Shown piece by piece: positions 10,066-20,159 of a DNA stretch of 64,000 nucleotides. How positions within the stretch are numbered: position 1 is the first letter of the stretch; each line of letters begins with the position of its first letter. Source of the stretch: Myxococcota bacterium (GTDB lineage: Bacteria > Myxococcota_A > UBA796 > CAJQPC01); contig JAZAMN010000059.1 of the NCBI GenBank assembly GCA_036229005.1, forward strand, positions 1 through 64,000. The letters are read 5' to 3'. Both the position numbers and the translations under genes were made by a program. Below the pieces are notes generated by a model. The model was not told the origin of the DNA. It was given only the letters and a program-made list of their open reading frames with translations, and made no database searches.

Positions 10066-11732
10066 TTCCGGACGTCGATCTGGTAGGCGTAGCCCTGCTC
10101 CGTCAAGAAGAGCTGGCGACGCTCAGCATAGTCCTGCTCCTTGGAGTCGCGGGTCACGACGCTGTAGAACCAGGCCTTGTTCGCCCCCTTCTTGGGCCTC
10201 AGGATCCGCCCCAGCCGCTGGGCCTCCTCCTGCCGGCTGCCCCAGGTGCCGCTGATCTGGATGGCCACGGTGGCGTCGGGCAGATCGACCGAGAAGTTGC
10301 CCACCTTGGAGATGACCATCGCGTTGCTGCGGCCCTCGCGGAAGTCCTCGAAGAGCTCATCGCGCTTGGCCTGCGGCGTGCGGCCGGTGATCAGGGGGAG
10401 CTTCCAGCGGCGCGAGATCCACTCGAGCTGGTCCACGTACATGCCCAGGATGAGGATCTTCTCCCCCGCGTGGCGCTCCATGAGCTCCTCGACCACGGGC
10501 CCCTTGCGGGGGTTGGTGGAGGCCACCCGGTACTTCTCGCGGTCGTCCGAGGTCGCGTACCGGAGCCGGTCCTCCTCGGCCAGACCGATGCGGATCTCGG
10601 TGCACTGGGCCGACGCAATCCAGCCCTGGTGCTCCAGGTCCTTCCACGGCATGTCAAAGCGCTTGGGGCCGATCAGCGCGAACACATCGCCCTGCTTGCC
10701 GTCCTCGCGCACCAGGGTCGCGGTGAGGCCCAGACGGCGGCGCGCCTGGAGCATGGAGACGGAGCGGAACACCGGCGCGGGCAGCAGGTGCACCTCGTCG
10801 TAGACGATCAGCCCCCAGCCCTGGCGGTCGAAGAGCCCAAAGTGGACGAACTCGTCGTTCTTGGAGCGCCGCCAGGTCAGGATCTGGTAGGTGCTCAGGG
10901 TGACCGGCTTGATGTCCTTGTTCTCGCCGGAGTATTCGCCGACCTCGTCCTCGGTCAGGCTGGTCTTGTCCAGGATCTCCGCCTTCCACTGCCGCAGCGC
11001 GGTCACGTTGGTGCAGAGGATCAGGGTCTTCATGCCCAGGCGGGTCATCGCGCCGATGCCGACCATGGTCTTACCGGCGCCGCAGGGCAGCACGACCACG
11101 CCCGAGCCACCGTGCACCTGCCCGTCGCCGTGGAAGGCATCGACCGCGTCCACCTGGTAGTCGCGCAGCCCCCACTCCTTGCCGGCCTTGGACACCGGGA
11201 TCATGCCCATCTCCAGGGCGTCGCCGTCGACGTAGCCGGCCAGGTCCTGCACGGGGTGGCCGATGGAGATCAGCACCTGCTTGAGCTCGCCGCGGTGGGC
11301 CGTGTAGACCCGCGAGGCCACGGGGCTCAGCTCATCCTGCAGCAGCCCGCGGGTGGCCTTGTTGTGCCGCACCTCGGTCATGAGCGCCTCGGTGTCCGCG
11401 ACCAGGCGCAGCTCGGTCCCGTCGGGCAGTAGCTGCAGGCGCCCGTAGCGGCCCATGGTCTCTTCCACCCACACCGGCACGTTGGGCGGCACGTCGTACT
11501 TGGACCAGCTCGTCAGCACCTCGACGACCTCGGCCCACTCCATCCCAGCGCTGGCCGCGTTCCACAGGGACAGAGGGGTGATCCTGTAGGTGTGGACGTA
11601 CTCCGGGCTCTTCACCAGCTCCGCGAAGCGCACCAGCTTGTCCCGCACCTCGCGGAAGTGGGGACCCATGGTCTCCAGCAGCAGGCTGTGGTCGGACTGG
11701 ACGATGAGGGGATTCTGAGGCTCGTAGCGCAT
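10062..11732 (-). CDS. DNA repair helicase XPB (Rad25/Ssl2 family)
   Basis: NPLIVQSD start, LPCGAGKT, DEVHLLPA, GLTATLVREDG, QRLGRILR. Confidence 0.95.
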   Translation of the reverse strand: MRYEPQNPLIVQSDHSLLLETMGPHFREVRDKLVRFAELVKSPEYVHTYRITPLSLWNAASAGMEWAEVVEVLTSWSKYDVPPNVPVWVEETMGRYGRLQLLPDGTELRLVADTEALMTEVRHNKATRGLLQDELSPVASRVYTAHRGELKQVLISIGHPVQDLAGYVDGDALEMGMIPVSKAGKEWGLRDYQVDAVDAFHGDGQVHGGSGVVVLPCGAGKTMVGIGAMTRLGMKTLILCTNVTALRQWKAEILDKTSLTEDEVGEYSGENKDIKPVTLSTYQILTWRRSKNDEFVHFGLFDRQGWGLIVYDEVHLLPAPVFRSVSMLQARRRLGLTATLVREDGKQGDVFALIGPKRFDMPWKDLEHQGWIASAQCTEIRIGLAEEDRLRYATSDDREKYRVASTNPRKGPVVEELMERHAGEKILILGMYVDQLEWISRRWKLPLITGRTPQAKRDELFEDFREGRSNAMVISKVGNFSVDLPDATVAIQISGTWGSRQEEAQRLGRILRPKKGANKAWFYSVVTRDSKEQDYAERRQLFLTEQGYAYQIDVRK

Positions 11733-11843
11733 GGGCTCCCTGCGGGCAGTCGGCCCCCTTATCCCGTCTGGGGCACGAGACCGAGGGGCGCCTGCGTCAC
11801 GATTGGGCTGCAGCGCCCATGGATGCTGGATTCTCTGGCGGCA

Positions 11844-12515
11844 TCAGTCCACTGGTTGGCAGACCCAGCCCTGCTCCACCGCCAGGCGGCGCTGGTCCAG
11901 ACGCTTGGAGAAGTCGCCCTCCGGCAGCGCCTCATCCACCTGCTCGCTGAGCTCCGTCGCGCCAAGCATGACGACGGCTTCGACGCTCCCATCCGGGCAG
12001 TCGGCGAGGAACTGAAGCGCTGTCACCGAGGAGCCATAGGGCCCGGCCCAGCCCTCACACTCATTGACGAAGCGGTTCCACCAGTCATCGCTCTGTGGTC
12101 GGAAGACCGCGAGACAGGGGGGCTCCGTACACTCCACATCCACCAGCGTGCCCGGCACGCAGCGCTCCGCCGCGCGCTCGACCTGGTCGGTGAAGCCCTC
12201 CGGTGTCAGCTCCAGCGGCAGCTCGGTCGGCCACTCCGGCTGCTCGCCGTACGCCTCCAGCGTCAGGTCCTCGATCAGCCGCTCGGCGACATCCAGCTCC
12301 CCCTCCAGGGTCTCCACCGCGTCCGCACAGTCGCTGGGCAGCGGCACCTGTCGCTCCCGCACGCACACCGGGCAGTCCTCTGGGGAAGAGGCTCTCTGCT
12401 CGGGGGTGGGAGCTGGCAGCTCTGGCGCGCTCCGGGCCCCCAAGGCGAAGCCGACCACGCCGCAGAGCGCGGCTCCACCAATCCCGAAGAACCAAGCAGA
12501 CTTTGGAGCACCCAT
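11844..12515 (-). CDS. Hypothetical membrane-anchored protein
   Basis: N-terminal TM segment, VECTEPPC Cys pattern, co-oriented with upstream genes. Confidence 0.65.
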   Translation of the reverse strand: MGAPKSAWFFGIGGAALCGVVGFALGARSAPELPAPTPEQRASSPEDCPVCVRERQVPLPSDCADAVETLEGELDVAERLIEDLTLEAYGEQPEWPTELPLELTPEGFTDQVERAAERCVPGTLVDVECTEPPCLAVFRPQSDDWWNRFVNECEGWAGPYGSSVTALQFLADCPDGSVEAVVMLGATELSEQVDEALPEGDFSKRLDQRRLAVEQGWVCQPVD

Positions 12516-12539
12516 GGGCCGATGCTACCGGGCCTCCAC

Positions 12540-14231
12540 TCAGAGCGCCAGCTCCGCCTGGGCCAGCACCACCGGCTGGTTGCCGTCGGCTTCGGCCATC
12601 GCCACGAAGTCCCGGATCTCCGGGGTGTCCGTGACCGCCAGCTCCGCGATGTAGCGCGGACTCACCGACTGGTAGACCAGCGCGACCTTCACGGTGGCGG
12701 CGCCCTCCGGCAAGGCGATGAGCAGGCTGTCCCCGCCCCCCGCAAAGTCGGCGTCTCCGTCCACGCCCACCGGCGCCACGCCCAGCTCCGAGGCGCGCGC
12801 TGCGTCCCAGCCCGCGGGCAGCAGGCGGTTGTCCTTTCCGTAGGTCGACCCGGCGAGCAGGTCCCAGGTCCAGGCGCCCGCCGTGTCCAGCATGAGCGAC
12901 TGGTAGATCTGCACCTGCTCGGCGCTCTCCACGCGCTCCAGGTGCCCCAGGGGCGCGCCCCCGACCTGCTCAAGGGCCAGCACGTTGCCGGCCCCATCCA
13001 CGATGCGGCCCTGCTCGTCCACCAGCCCGCTGGCCAGCAGCACCTCGCCGGCGCCATCCAGCACCTGGATCTGGAGCCAGGCACGTCGCGCAGGGTGTGC
13101 GCTGGGCAACTTGTGACCGCCCAGGTTCCCCACCTCGACCCGAACCCCTTCGGACGCCGCACGCAGCGTCAGGGTCGCGCTGGCGTTGCCCAGGAAGGCG
13201 AGCTCCTGCTCGATCTGTGCGTCGAAGGCCGCCTGATCCGCCCGGGGCTGCAGGGCCTCAGCGTTGTCCCGCAGCAGGCGCAGCATGAACACGTTCCCCC
13301 CGCGGAAGATGTGCCGCCCAAAGGGCTGCCGCTCATCGATGCTGAAGTCCCCGCCGTGGGGGTTCCGGGCGATGCGCGTCTCGATGATCTCGCCCTGGGC
13401 GTCGGTGGTGGGCAGGTGGCAGCTCTGGCAGGTCACGCCCTCCTGGCCGTAGAAGGAGGCCTGCCACTCCAGGAAGGGCGTCTGCTCGGGAAGCTGGCCC
13501 TCTGTGAACTCCCCGTCCACGACCGTGTGCGTGTAGAGCGTGTGGCAGCTCCCGCAGTGGCCCGCGTCCAGGATCTGCTGCCCCTCCGTGGGGGTGAACC
13601 CGGTGTGGTTCTGCATGGGCCGCGTGAAGGGGTCCGCGTGGGGCCCGTAGATCTCCTTGGCGTCCGGATCGATCACGTAGCCGGCGTTGAAGCTGGCCTC
13701 CGTCCCCAGCCCATCCGGCTGGATCTGGTGACACAGCGTGCAGGACACGCCATCCAGGGCCAGCGCGTCGATGGTATCGCTGCCCTCATACAGGCCCGCC
13801 AAGGTCGGGCCCGCGCTCCCGGAGAAGCCGGCTTGTTGGTGTCCCAGGGGCGCATGGCACGCCAAACAGGTCCCCTCGATGTCCTCCTGCAGCTCAGGAT
13901 TCCGCGCCACCTCCGAGGACACCACGGCGCGGAACAAGGGGTCCCGGGCGCTGTTGGCCATCATGGTCGCCTTCCACAGATCGAACTGCCCGATGGGCTG
14001 GTCCAGGCTGTCCCGCATGCCCGTGGCGGTCTCCGCGTTCTCGTGACACTCCGCACAGACCCCCGCGGTCGCAAAGTGCGCGCTGCTCCGCTCCTCCTGC
14101 GCGGGCAGCCCCAGCTCCAGGGTCAGCTCCGTGGGCTCGGAGTCGGTGGGCCCCGGGCTGTCGTCGGCGCTCCCAGACGGTCCAGGGGCGCGGTTGCAGG
14201 CGAGGGCGGACAAGAAAAGCGGGGCAATCAT
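12540..14231 (-). CDS. Pentaheme c-type cytochrome lipoprotein
   Basis: Five CxxCH (CAECH, CLACH, CTLCH, CGSCH, CQSCH); likely start MIAPLFLSALAC at 14231. Confidence 0.88.
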   Translation of the reverse strand: MIAPLFLSALACNRAPGPSGSADDSPGPTDSEPTELTLELGLPAQEERSSAHFATAGVCAECHENAETATGMRDSLDQPIGQFDLWKATMMANSARDPLFRAVVSSEVARNPELQEDIEGTCLACHAPLGHQQAGFSGSAGPTLAGLYEGSDTIDALALDGVSCTLCHQIQPDGLGTEASFNAGYVIDPDAKEIYGPHADPFTRPMQNHTGFTPTEGQQILDAGHCGSCHTLYTHTVVDGEFTEGQLPEQTPFLEWQASFYGQEGVTCQSCHLPTTDAQGEIIETRIARNPHGGDFSIDERQPFGRHIFRGGNVFMLRLLRDNAEALQPRADQAAFDAQIEQELAFLGNASATLTLRAASEGVRVEVGNLGGHKLPSAHPARRAWLQIQVLDGAGEVLLASGLVDEQGRIVDGAGNVLALEQVGGAPLGHLERVESAEQVQIYQSLMLDTAGAWTWDLLAGSTYGKDNRLLPAGWDAARASELGVAPVGVDGDADFAGGGDSLLIALPEGAATVKVALVYQSVSPRYIAELAVTDTPEIRDFVAMAEADGNQPVVLAQAELAL

Positions 14232-14284
14232 CCTTGATTGATAACGCCAAGCGACCCAGGACAAAGCGGACAAATCGCCGCAGC

Positions 14285-15088
14285 TCAGCGCTCCAGCGGC
14301 AGCCCCGGCTCCGCTGCCCACTCCCACATCGAGCCGTCGTAGACCCTGGGGTGCGCGTAGCCCAGGTGGCGCAGCACCGCGTACCCGAACGCCGCCCGGA
14401 TGCCCCCGGTGCACAGCGCGATGATCGGGCTCCCGGGTCCCAGCCCCGCGCCCTCCAGGGTGGCCCGAAGCTCCGGCTCCGGCAGCAGCCTCCCCTCCGG
14501 CCCCATCAGCGCCTTCCAGTCCAGGTGCAGCGCCCCAGGGATGTGGCCTCCCCGCGCCTCGCCAAAGGGCGTGGCCCCCTGAAACTCCGCCTGGCTGCGG
14601 GTGTCCCAGATCCGCGCGTCCCCCCGCTCCATGGCCGCCTGCACCGACTTTCGGTCCGCCCGGCGGTCCGTCCAGCGCCCGCGGAAGTGCCCCGAGGCCG
14701 GCCTCCCCAAGCGCCGGATCTCGAGCCCAGCCGCCTTCCACGCCTGCATCCCCCCGTCCAGGATGTGCACCCGCGGGTGCCCCAGCAGCTCCAGGGTCCA
14801 GAACTGCCGCGCCTCCTCGCCCCAGGCCTGGTCCGCCTTGCCCACCACCAACACCGGGCTGTCGTTGTCCACCCCGCAGGACTGGAAGGCCGTCTCCAGC
14901 TTGCGCAGGTCCGAGGTGAGCACCCCGCAGCGCCCCCGCTCGGCCGCCAGCTCCGTCCAGCCCAGCGATCCCGCCCCGGGAATCCGCCCCAGCGCCCAGC
15001 TCGCGAAGCCCCGGGCGTCCACCACCGCGGCCCCGGCGGTGACCAGGGCGCGCGCCTGCTGCACATCGACAAAGACGGGGAGTTCCAT
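14285..15088 (-). CDS. Tandem-domain rhodanese/sulfurtransferase
   Basis: DARG, RIPGA, ILDGG, GHIPGA, active-site CTGGIRA, YDGSMWEW. Confidence 0.93.
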   Translation of the reverse strand: MELPVFVDVQQARALVTAGAAVVDARGFASWALGRIPGAGSLGWTELAAERGRCGVLTSDLRKLETAFQSCGVDNDSPVLVVGKADQAWGEEARQFWTLELLGHPRVHILDGGMQAWKAAGLEIRRLGRPASGHFRGRWTDRRADRKSVQAAMERGDARIWDTRSQAEFQGATPFGEARGGHIPGALHLDWKALMGPEGRLLPEPELRATLEGAGLGPGSPIIALCTGGIRAAFGYAVLRHLGYAHPRVYDGSMWEWAAEPGLPLER

Positions 15089-15097
15089 GCCTTGGAG

Positions 15098-15571
15098 CTA
15101 CTCGGAAGCAGCCTGCTCCGCCAGCTCCAGCGCCAGCGCCTCCATGGCCTCGTGACCCTCGGCGCCCTTGTCCCGATCCACCATGTTCAGCTCCTGGTCG
15201 AACACGATGAACCAGGGCTGCCCGGCGCCACCCTTCCACAGGTCGTAGGCCACATCGTCGCCGTCAAAGAGCACGGGGAAGGTCTGCCCCATCTGTTGCT
15301 CCCAGGTCGCGACCTCGTCCAACGAATCCGCCCGCAGCGTCGTGATCACCTGCACCTGGTCGCCATGCTGCTCCCAGAAGGCCTGCGTCTCTGGACCCAG
15401 AGACTGACAGGTGGGTCACCAGAAGGCCGACAGATCCAGCAGCAGCACCTTGCCGGCGTAGTCCGAGAGGCTGTGCTCCTGGCCCCGGCTGTCGGGCAGC
15501 GTGAAGTCGCCCTCAACGGCGCTCTGGGCATCACCCGGCTCCGCGCAGGCCAGCAAGAGAGGGAGCAACAT
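15098..15571 (-). CDS. Selenoprotein: TlpA/redoxin-family thioredoxin-like lipoprotein (UxxC), 157 aa
   Basis: ATG 15571 with GGAG RBS; MLLPLLLAC...DFTLPD..G....LSDYAGKVLLLDLSAFW-TGA-PTC continues in frame into track ORF 15098..15355; TGA (15416-15418) sits at the first CxxC Cys; SECIS follows. Confidence 0.9.
15382..15411 (-). promoter_or_regulatory. Bacterial SECIS element
   Basis: GTCTCTG-GGTC-CAGAGAC stem (15404-15387) starting 11 nt after UGA; lower CCTG/CAGG stem. Confidence 0.85.
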
Positions 15572-15726
15572 CAGAATCTCCAGTCAGAGGGGGCCAGAGA
15601 TGCCGCGCAGCCCTGCAGGTTGCAAGGCCCACCGCTTTTGCACCCACCTGTCTGAACTCGTCACGCTGCGCGACCTGGGCGCCGGCGAGGCATACAGTCC
15701 CTGAACCCCAAGCCCGGAGCGAAGAC

Positions 15727-16371
15727 ATGCTCGCCCTCCTCCTGACCGCCGCGATCGCCTGCATCCCCGCCGAAGCCAGCGACAAGGCCCCCGTGCGCAC
15801 CGCCGAGACGGGCACCCAGGCCGCGCCCCCGCCCCCCGAGGGCCTGGAGGCCGCCGTGTTCGCCGGCGGCTGCTTCTGGTGCATGGAGGGCCCCTTCGAG
15901 TCTGTGTTGGGTGTGAAGTCCGTGGAGTCCGGCTACACCGGCGGCGCCGAGCCCCACCCCACCTACGAGGACGTGGGCTACCACCGCACCACCCACTACG
16001 AGGCCAACCGCGTGGTCTACGACCCCCGCGTGGTCACCTACGACGAGCTGCTGCAGGTCTACTGGCACAACATCGACCCCACACAGTCCGACGGCCAGTT
16101 CTGTGACCACGGCGACCAGTACCGCAGCGCGGTGTTCACCGACGACCCCGCCGAGAAGGCCGCCTTCCAGGCCTCCAAGGCCAAGGTCCGCGAGCAGCTC
16201 GGCGAGCCCGTCGCCACCAAGCTGCTGCCCGAGGCCACCTTCTGGGTCGCCGAGGAATACCACCAGGACTACTACCGAAAGAACCCCAGCAGCTACCTGC
16301 GCTACCGCAAGGGCTGCGGGCGGGATGCGCGGCTCAAGCAGCTCTGGGGTGAACAGGCCGGGGGGCACTGA
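15727..16371 (+). CDS. msrA: Peptide-methionine (S)-S-oxide reductase, exported
   Basis: AGGCFWC, SGYTGG, DPT....QF.D.G.QYRS, AEEYHQDYY; N-terminal lipobox-like AIAC. Confidence 0.95.
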   Translation: MLALLLTAAIACIPAEASDKAPVRTAETGTQAAPPPPEGLEAAVFAGGCFWCMEGPFESVLGVKSVESGYTGGAEPHPTYEDVGYHRTTHYEANRVVYDPRVVTYDELLQVYWHNIDPTQSDGQFCDHGDQYRSAVFTDDPAEKAAFQASKAKVREQLGEPVATKLLPEATFWVAEEYHQDYYRKNPSSYLRYRKGCGRDARLKQLWGEQAGGH

Positions 16372-16389
16372 CGCTGGGGGCTCTTGCGC

Positions 16390-17703
16390 TCAGAGCTCGT
16401 ACGCCCCCACATCCGGCGATCCATCCCTCGCTTGCGCCTGGAAGTCGTAGAGCACGTCCGAGACCACCCCAGCGTCCACAGGGGTGGACCCGGCAGTCAG
16501 GTGCAGCTCCCCAGCCGCTGCGTTCACAAAGGGAGCACTCCCCACAGACTCCAGGTTGCCGGCGAGCGTCCCGGTTCCCGTGGTGCGCTCGCGCAGGTTG
16601 TGGCTCACCAGGTTGTTCGTGATCTCGGCGTTGGTCCCCTCAAAGCGCCACTCCAGGCTGGAGTACGGCGCCTGACTGGACCACACGGTGTTGTGCAGCA
16701 CCCGCGCATTGCAGGCCTGATACACCCCGATGCCGGAGTCGAAGCCGGAGTTGGACGCGAACAGCCGGCTGTCGTCCGCCAGCACCAGGTTGTTCACGAT
16801 CACCCCGTTGATGTCATCGTAGTAGGTCTGCGATTGGTCGCAGCCGGCGATCCCGTGGTCACGCACACTCACCGGGCTGTCCACCAGCCCGATGCCGATG
16901 CCCCGCGCACAGTTCTCCACCCGGTTGCGCACAATCAGGCTGTCCGCGTTGGCCCGCCACAGGTGGATGCCGTGCTCGCTCAGGCCGCTCTCACACCAGA
17001 AACCCCGGATCTCGTTGTCCCGGATCACCCAGCCCCGGGTCTGGTGCATGTCGATGCCGCCGGTGTAGCAGCTGTTGCGCACCGCGTTGTCCCGTGAGTT
17101 GTCGGTCATCTCGACGCGGCTGCAGCTTATCTCCCCGTCGTCGGCGTAGGTCTCGCCGGTGGTGTTGACCTTGATTCCCTGCTCACCCGGGTCCAGCACG
17201 ACGATGCGGTGAAGGCGCACATTGTGGCCGCCCCCGGTGACGTGCACGCCGTGCGTCCAGGCCTGGTAGAAGGTGAGATCACTCACAGACACATCGGAGG
17301 CCACGATGGTCAGGATCTGTGTGGTCTTGAAGCCGCCGTCCAGGATGACCTTGCTGGCGTCCCCAGAGGCCCCGCGCAGCGTGACGTTGGGCGTAGCCAC
17401 CCACAGATAGGACCCATTCAGGGAGTAGGTTCCGTCCTCAAAGAGCAGGGTGTCCCCCTCCTCCAAGGCGGCGACGATCCCCTGGAGGTCATCGCCGGGC
17501 GACACGGTCTTCACGGAGCCGGTGGACTCGGGCCATGCCGCACAGTCCAGGGCCGGGTTCAGCGGATCCACCTGGGGGGAGCCCGTGTCCTGGGTGCCGG
17601 TGTCTTGGGTGTCGGTCGGACTGTCCTCGCCGGCGCTGTCCAGTGTCGGGGTGTCTGTGTCATCACCGCTGCGGCCAAGGCAGGCCAGGATCAACAGGAG
17701 CAT
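16390..17703 (-). CDS. Right-handed beta-helix (pectin lyase-like) lipoprotein
   Basis: MLLLILAC; GDTLLFEDGTY; Asn-ladder repeats; C-terminal PDVGAYE. Confidence 0.8.
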   Translation of the reverse strand: MLLLILACLGRSGDDTDTPTLDSAGEDSPTDTQDTGTQDTGSPQVDPLNPALDCAAWPESTGSVKTVSPGDDLQGIVAALEEGDTLLFEDGTYSLNGSYLWVATPNVTLRGASGDASKVILDGGFKTTQILTIVASDVSVSDLTFYQAWTHGVHVTGGGHNVRLHRIVVLDPGEQGIKVNTTGETYADDGEISCSRVEMTDNSRDNAVRNSCYTGGIDMHQTRGWVIRDNEIRGFWCESGLSEHGIHLWRANADSLIVRNRVENCARGIGIGLVDSPVSVRDHGIAGCDQSQTYYDDINGVIVNNLVLADDSRLFASNSGFDSGIGVYQACNARVLHNTVWSSQAPYSSLEWRFEGTNAEITNNLVSHNLRERTTGTGTLAGNLESVGSAPFVNAAAGELHLTAGSTPVDAGVVSDVLYDFQAQARDGSPDVGAYEL

Positions 17704-17782
17704 CGGGTCCTCTCATGAACCCTGAGCATAGCGTGTCACACCCGCCAGCCTCCAGGCGTAAGGGTGACAGTGAAGACGGAAG

Positions 17783-19330
17783 GTGACCATGTTTCTGCTC
17801 TCTCTGCTGGCCTGCAGGGGCGTTCTCGACCTGCCCAGCGACTCCTCAGCGGGCTGCGCGCTGACTCTCAGCACAGAGTCCCTGGACTTTGGGCAGTGGT
17901 CCTGGGTGGACGGCGCGCCTCCCACACAGACCCTGTCCCTGGACAACCACGGCGACGCAGACTGCAACCTGCTGGCCCTGGAGACAGAGGGAGAGGACTT
18001 CGAGGTGGGGCAGATCGTGTCGCCCACCATCCCGCCGCACACCACCCAGCTCCTGTCCGTCTCCCACCTCCCGACACACCCCGGCATCAGCGAGGACACG
18101 CTGACCCTGACCACAGACAGCGGGGTTGCGCAGGTCGCCCTCAGCGGCACGGCGACCGCCCCCGAGCTGCGCGTGGAGCCTGAGCAGCTCTCCCTGAACG
18201 CCGAGCTGGGCTGCAGCGCCTCCGAGCCCCTGACCCTGCGGAGCGCTGGCCTGGAGCCGCTGCAGATCACCTCCCTGGAGTGGGGCGGCCTGGGGCTGAC
18301 GGTGGAGGACCCCCAGCTCCCCTGGACCCTGGCGCCCGGCGAGCAGCGGGAGCTCTGGGTGGACTTTCAGCCCCTGTGGGAGGGCGGCGTGGAGGGCACT
18401 CTGACCCTGGAGAGCGACGACCCGCTGCGCCCCACGGTGCAGGTGCCCCTGATCGCCCAGGCCCCCGCGGCGGACTGGATGGAGGAGCGCTTCCAGGTCC
18501 CCCCATCGCCGGCGGTGGACTTCCTGTTCACCGTGGACACCTCCTCTTCGATGAAGTCGGTGGTCACAGACTGGGAGGCCACCATCGCGCCCTTCTTCTC
18601 GGCGCTGGATGCGGACGGCGTGGACTACCGGGTCACCGCGGTGGTCGCAGATCACGGCTGCGTGCTCACCGATCCTCGCTACGCGGACCCCACCAGGACC
18701 GTGGCGGAGCGGGCGGCGCTGTTCGCCGACATGGTGTGCGAGGCGGCCGGGAGCTGTGGGGGCTCCCGCAACAGCGAGCGCCCCTTCACCCTGATGGCGA
18801 CCGCTCTACGCTCCGACAAGCTGGCGGCTGGCGGCTGCAACCAGGGGATCCTTCGGGCGGACGCCGACCTGGCCCTGGTCGCGATCGGCGACGAACCGGA
18901 GCAGTCCGCGAACCCCTACACCTACTACGTCTCCTTCTTTCAGGGCCTCAAGGCGGACCCCTCCCAGGTCCGGATCAGCGCGGTCGCAGGGGACTACCCC
19001 TCTGGCTGCAAGATGGATTCGGGGGCCTCTCCCATGGCCATGACCGGCGCCTACGAGGCCAGCCTGGCGACCGGAGGCCTCTACTTGAGCATCTGTGACT
19101 CCGACTGGCCCACCCAGCTCGCAGCGGCTGCGTCCGATGGCGGGACGAGCGCGTCCTTTGAGCTGAGCGCGCTCCCGGTGCCCGAGACCCTGCTGGTGCG
19201 GGTCGACGGTGTGCACATGGCGACGGGCTGGGCCTACGTGCCCTCCACGAACACCCTGGAGCTGGACGAAACCCCGGCTCCGGGCTCGGTCTTGGAGGTC
19301 GTCTACGCGGAGCAGGTGGCCTGTCCCTGA
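17783..19330 (+). CDS. Lipoprotein with Ig-like (choice-of-anchor D-like) repeats and vWA-like domain
   Basis: LLAC lipobox; LDFG...; MIDAS-like VDFLFTVDTSSSM. Confidence 0.75.
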   Translation: MTMFLLSLLACRGVLDLPSDSSAGCALTLSTESLDFGQWSWVDGAPPTQTLSLDNHGDADCNLLALETEGEDFEVGQIVSPTIPPHTTQLLSVSHLPTHPGISEDTLTLTTDSGVAQVALSGTATAPELRVEPEQLSLNAELGCSASEPLTLRSAGLEPLQITSLEWGGLGLTVEDPQLPWTLAPGEQRELWVDFQPLWEGGVEGTLTLESDDPLRPTVQVPLIAQAPAADWMEERFQVPPSPAVDFLFTVDTSSSMKSVVTDWEATIAPFFSALDADGVDYRVTAVVADHGCVLTDPRYADPTRTVAERAALFADMVCEAAGSCGGSRNSERPFTLMATALRSDKLAAGGCNQGILRADADLALVAIGDEPEQSANPYTYYVSFFQGLKADPSQVRISAVAGDYPSGCKMDSGASPMAMTGAYEASLATGGLYLSICDSDWPTQLAAAASDGGTSASFELSALPVPETLLVRVDGVHMATGWAYVPSTNTLELDETPAPGSVLEVVYAEQVACP

Positions 19331-19385
19331 CGCAAAGGCCTGCTTGACGGGCCCGGAGGCCGCGGTTGGGCGCTACACTGGCGGG

Positions 19386-20159
19386 GTGCTGCTGCTGATC
19401 GCCGCTTGCCAGTCCTCGCCTGCGGACACTGGCCCCGATACCGCTGCCCAGGGTCTCCCCGAGCCCGAGGCGGTGTGGACCGCAGCCCAGACCCAGGACG
19501 CCCTCACCTCGGCCCTGAGCGCTCCCCTCCCGGGCATCGACCGGGCGACCGGGGACTACCTGGGGCTGATGGCGCGCGGTGACAGCATCTGCCCTGGGGA
19601 CCCCGTGGCCATCAAGGATGGCGCGGTCTATGGCTGCGACGCCAACACCGGCATGTACTACGCCGGCGTCTCTGAGTACTGGGACGAGCAGCGCGACGAC
19701 GCCTGGTTCCGAAGCCTGGCCGGGGACTTCCTGATCCAGACGCCCGAGGGGCAGAGCTTTGAGTGGGGCATGGGCTACGAGATCAGTTGGGGCCCCGAGA
19801 GCGCCAGCATGCGCTGGCTGGGCTCGCTGTTCTGGGACGGGGATCCCGCCAGCGCCGAGCGCATGTCGGTGGTCCTGGCCGCGAGCGTCTCCGGCGACGC
19901 GGGCACCCTCAACGGGGGCATCACCCAGGGGGAGACCGTGCTGGACTTCGACCTGGAGACGGCCGCGGACTGCCCGGCGCAGGGGCTGCTGGCCATCCGC
20001 GGGCCCGACAAGCGCTGGTACCGCACGACCCTGGGCTGCGACGGCTGCGGGCCCTTGAGCTTTGAGGGCCAGGAACTGGGAGAGGTCTGCGTGGACCCCA
20101 GCCCCCTGGTGCGCGCCCTGCACGATCCCCTCGCGAGCCCCGACTGGGAGGGCCTCTGA
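19386..20159 (+). CDS. Hypothetical lipoprotein
   Basis: GTG start giving VLLLIAAC; stop overlaps next start (TGATG). Confidence 0.65.
   Translation: MLLLIAACQSSPADTGPDTAAQGLPEPEAVWTAAQTQDALTSALSAPLPGIDRATGDYLGLMARGDSICPGDPVAIKDGAVYGCDANTGMYYAGVSEYWDEQRDDAWFRSLAGDFLIQTPEGQSFEWGMGYEISWGPESASMRWLGSLFWDGDPASAERMSVVLAASVSGDAGTLNGGITQGETVLDFDLETAADCPAQGLLAIRGPDKRWYRTTLGCDGCGPLSFEGQELGEVCVDPSPLVRALHDPLASPDWEGL

Noticed and set aside
12540..15239. 899-aa fusion ORF; likewise the 5' extensions of 4297..5643, 47718..50342, 54664..56460 and 59609..61309
   Set aside because: The extensions overlap other genes out of frame; internal starts with signal peptides, RBS or stop/start overlaps fit better
15416..15418. 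Pseudogene via nonsense mutation
   Set aside because: The TGA sits at the catalytic Cys position and is followed by a correctly spaced SECIS
19344..19379. TTGACG...TACACT sigma70-like pair
   Set aside because: Spacer of about 24 nt is too long
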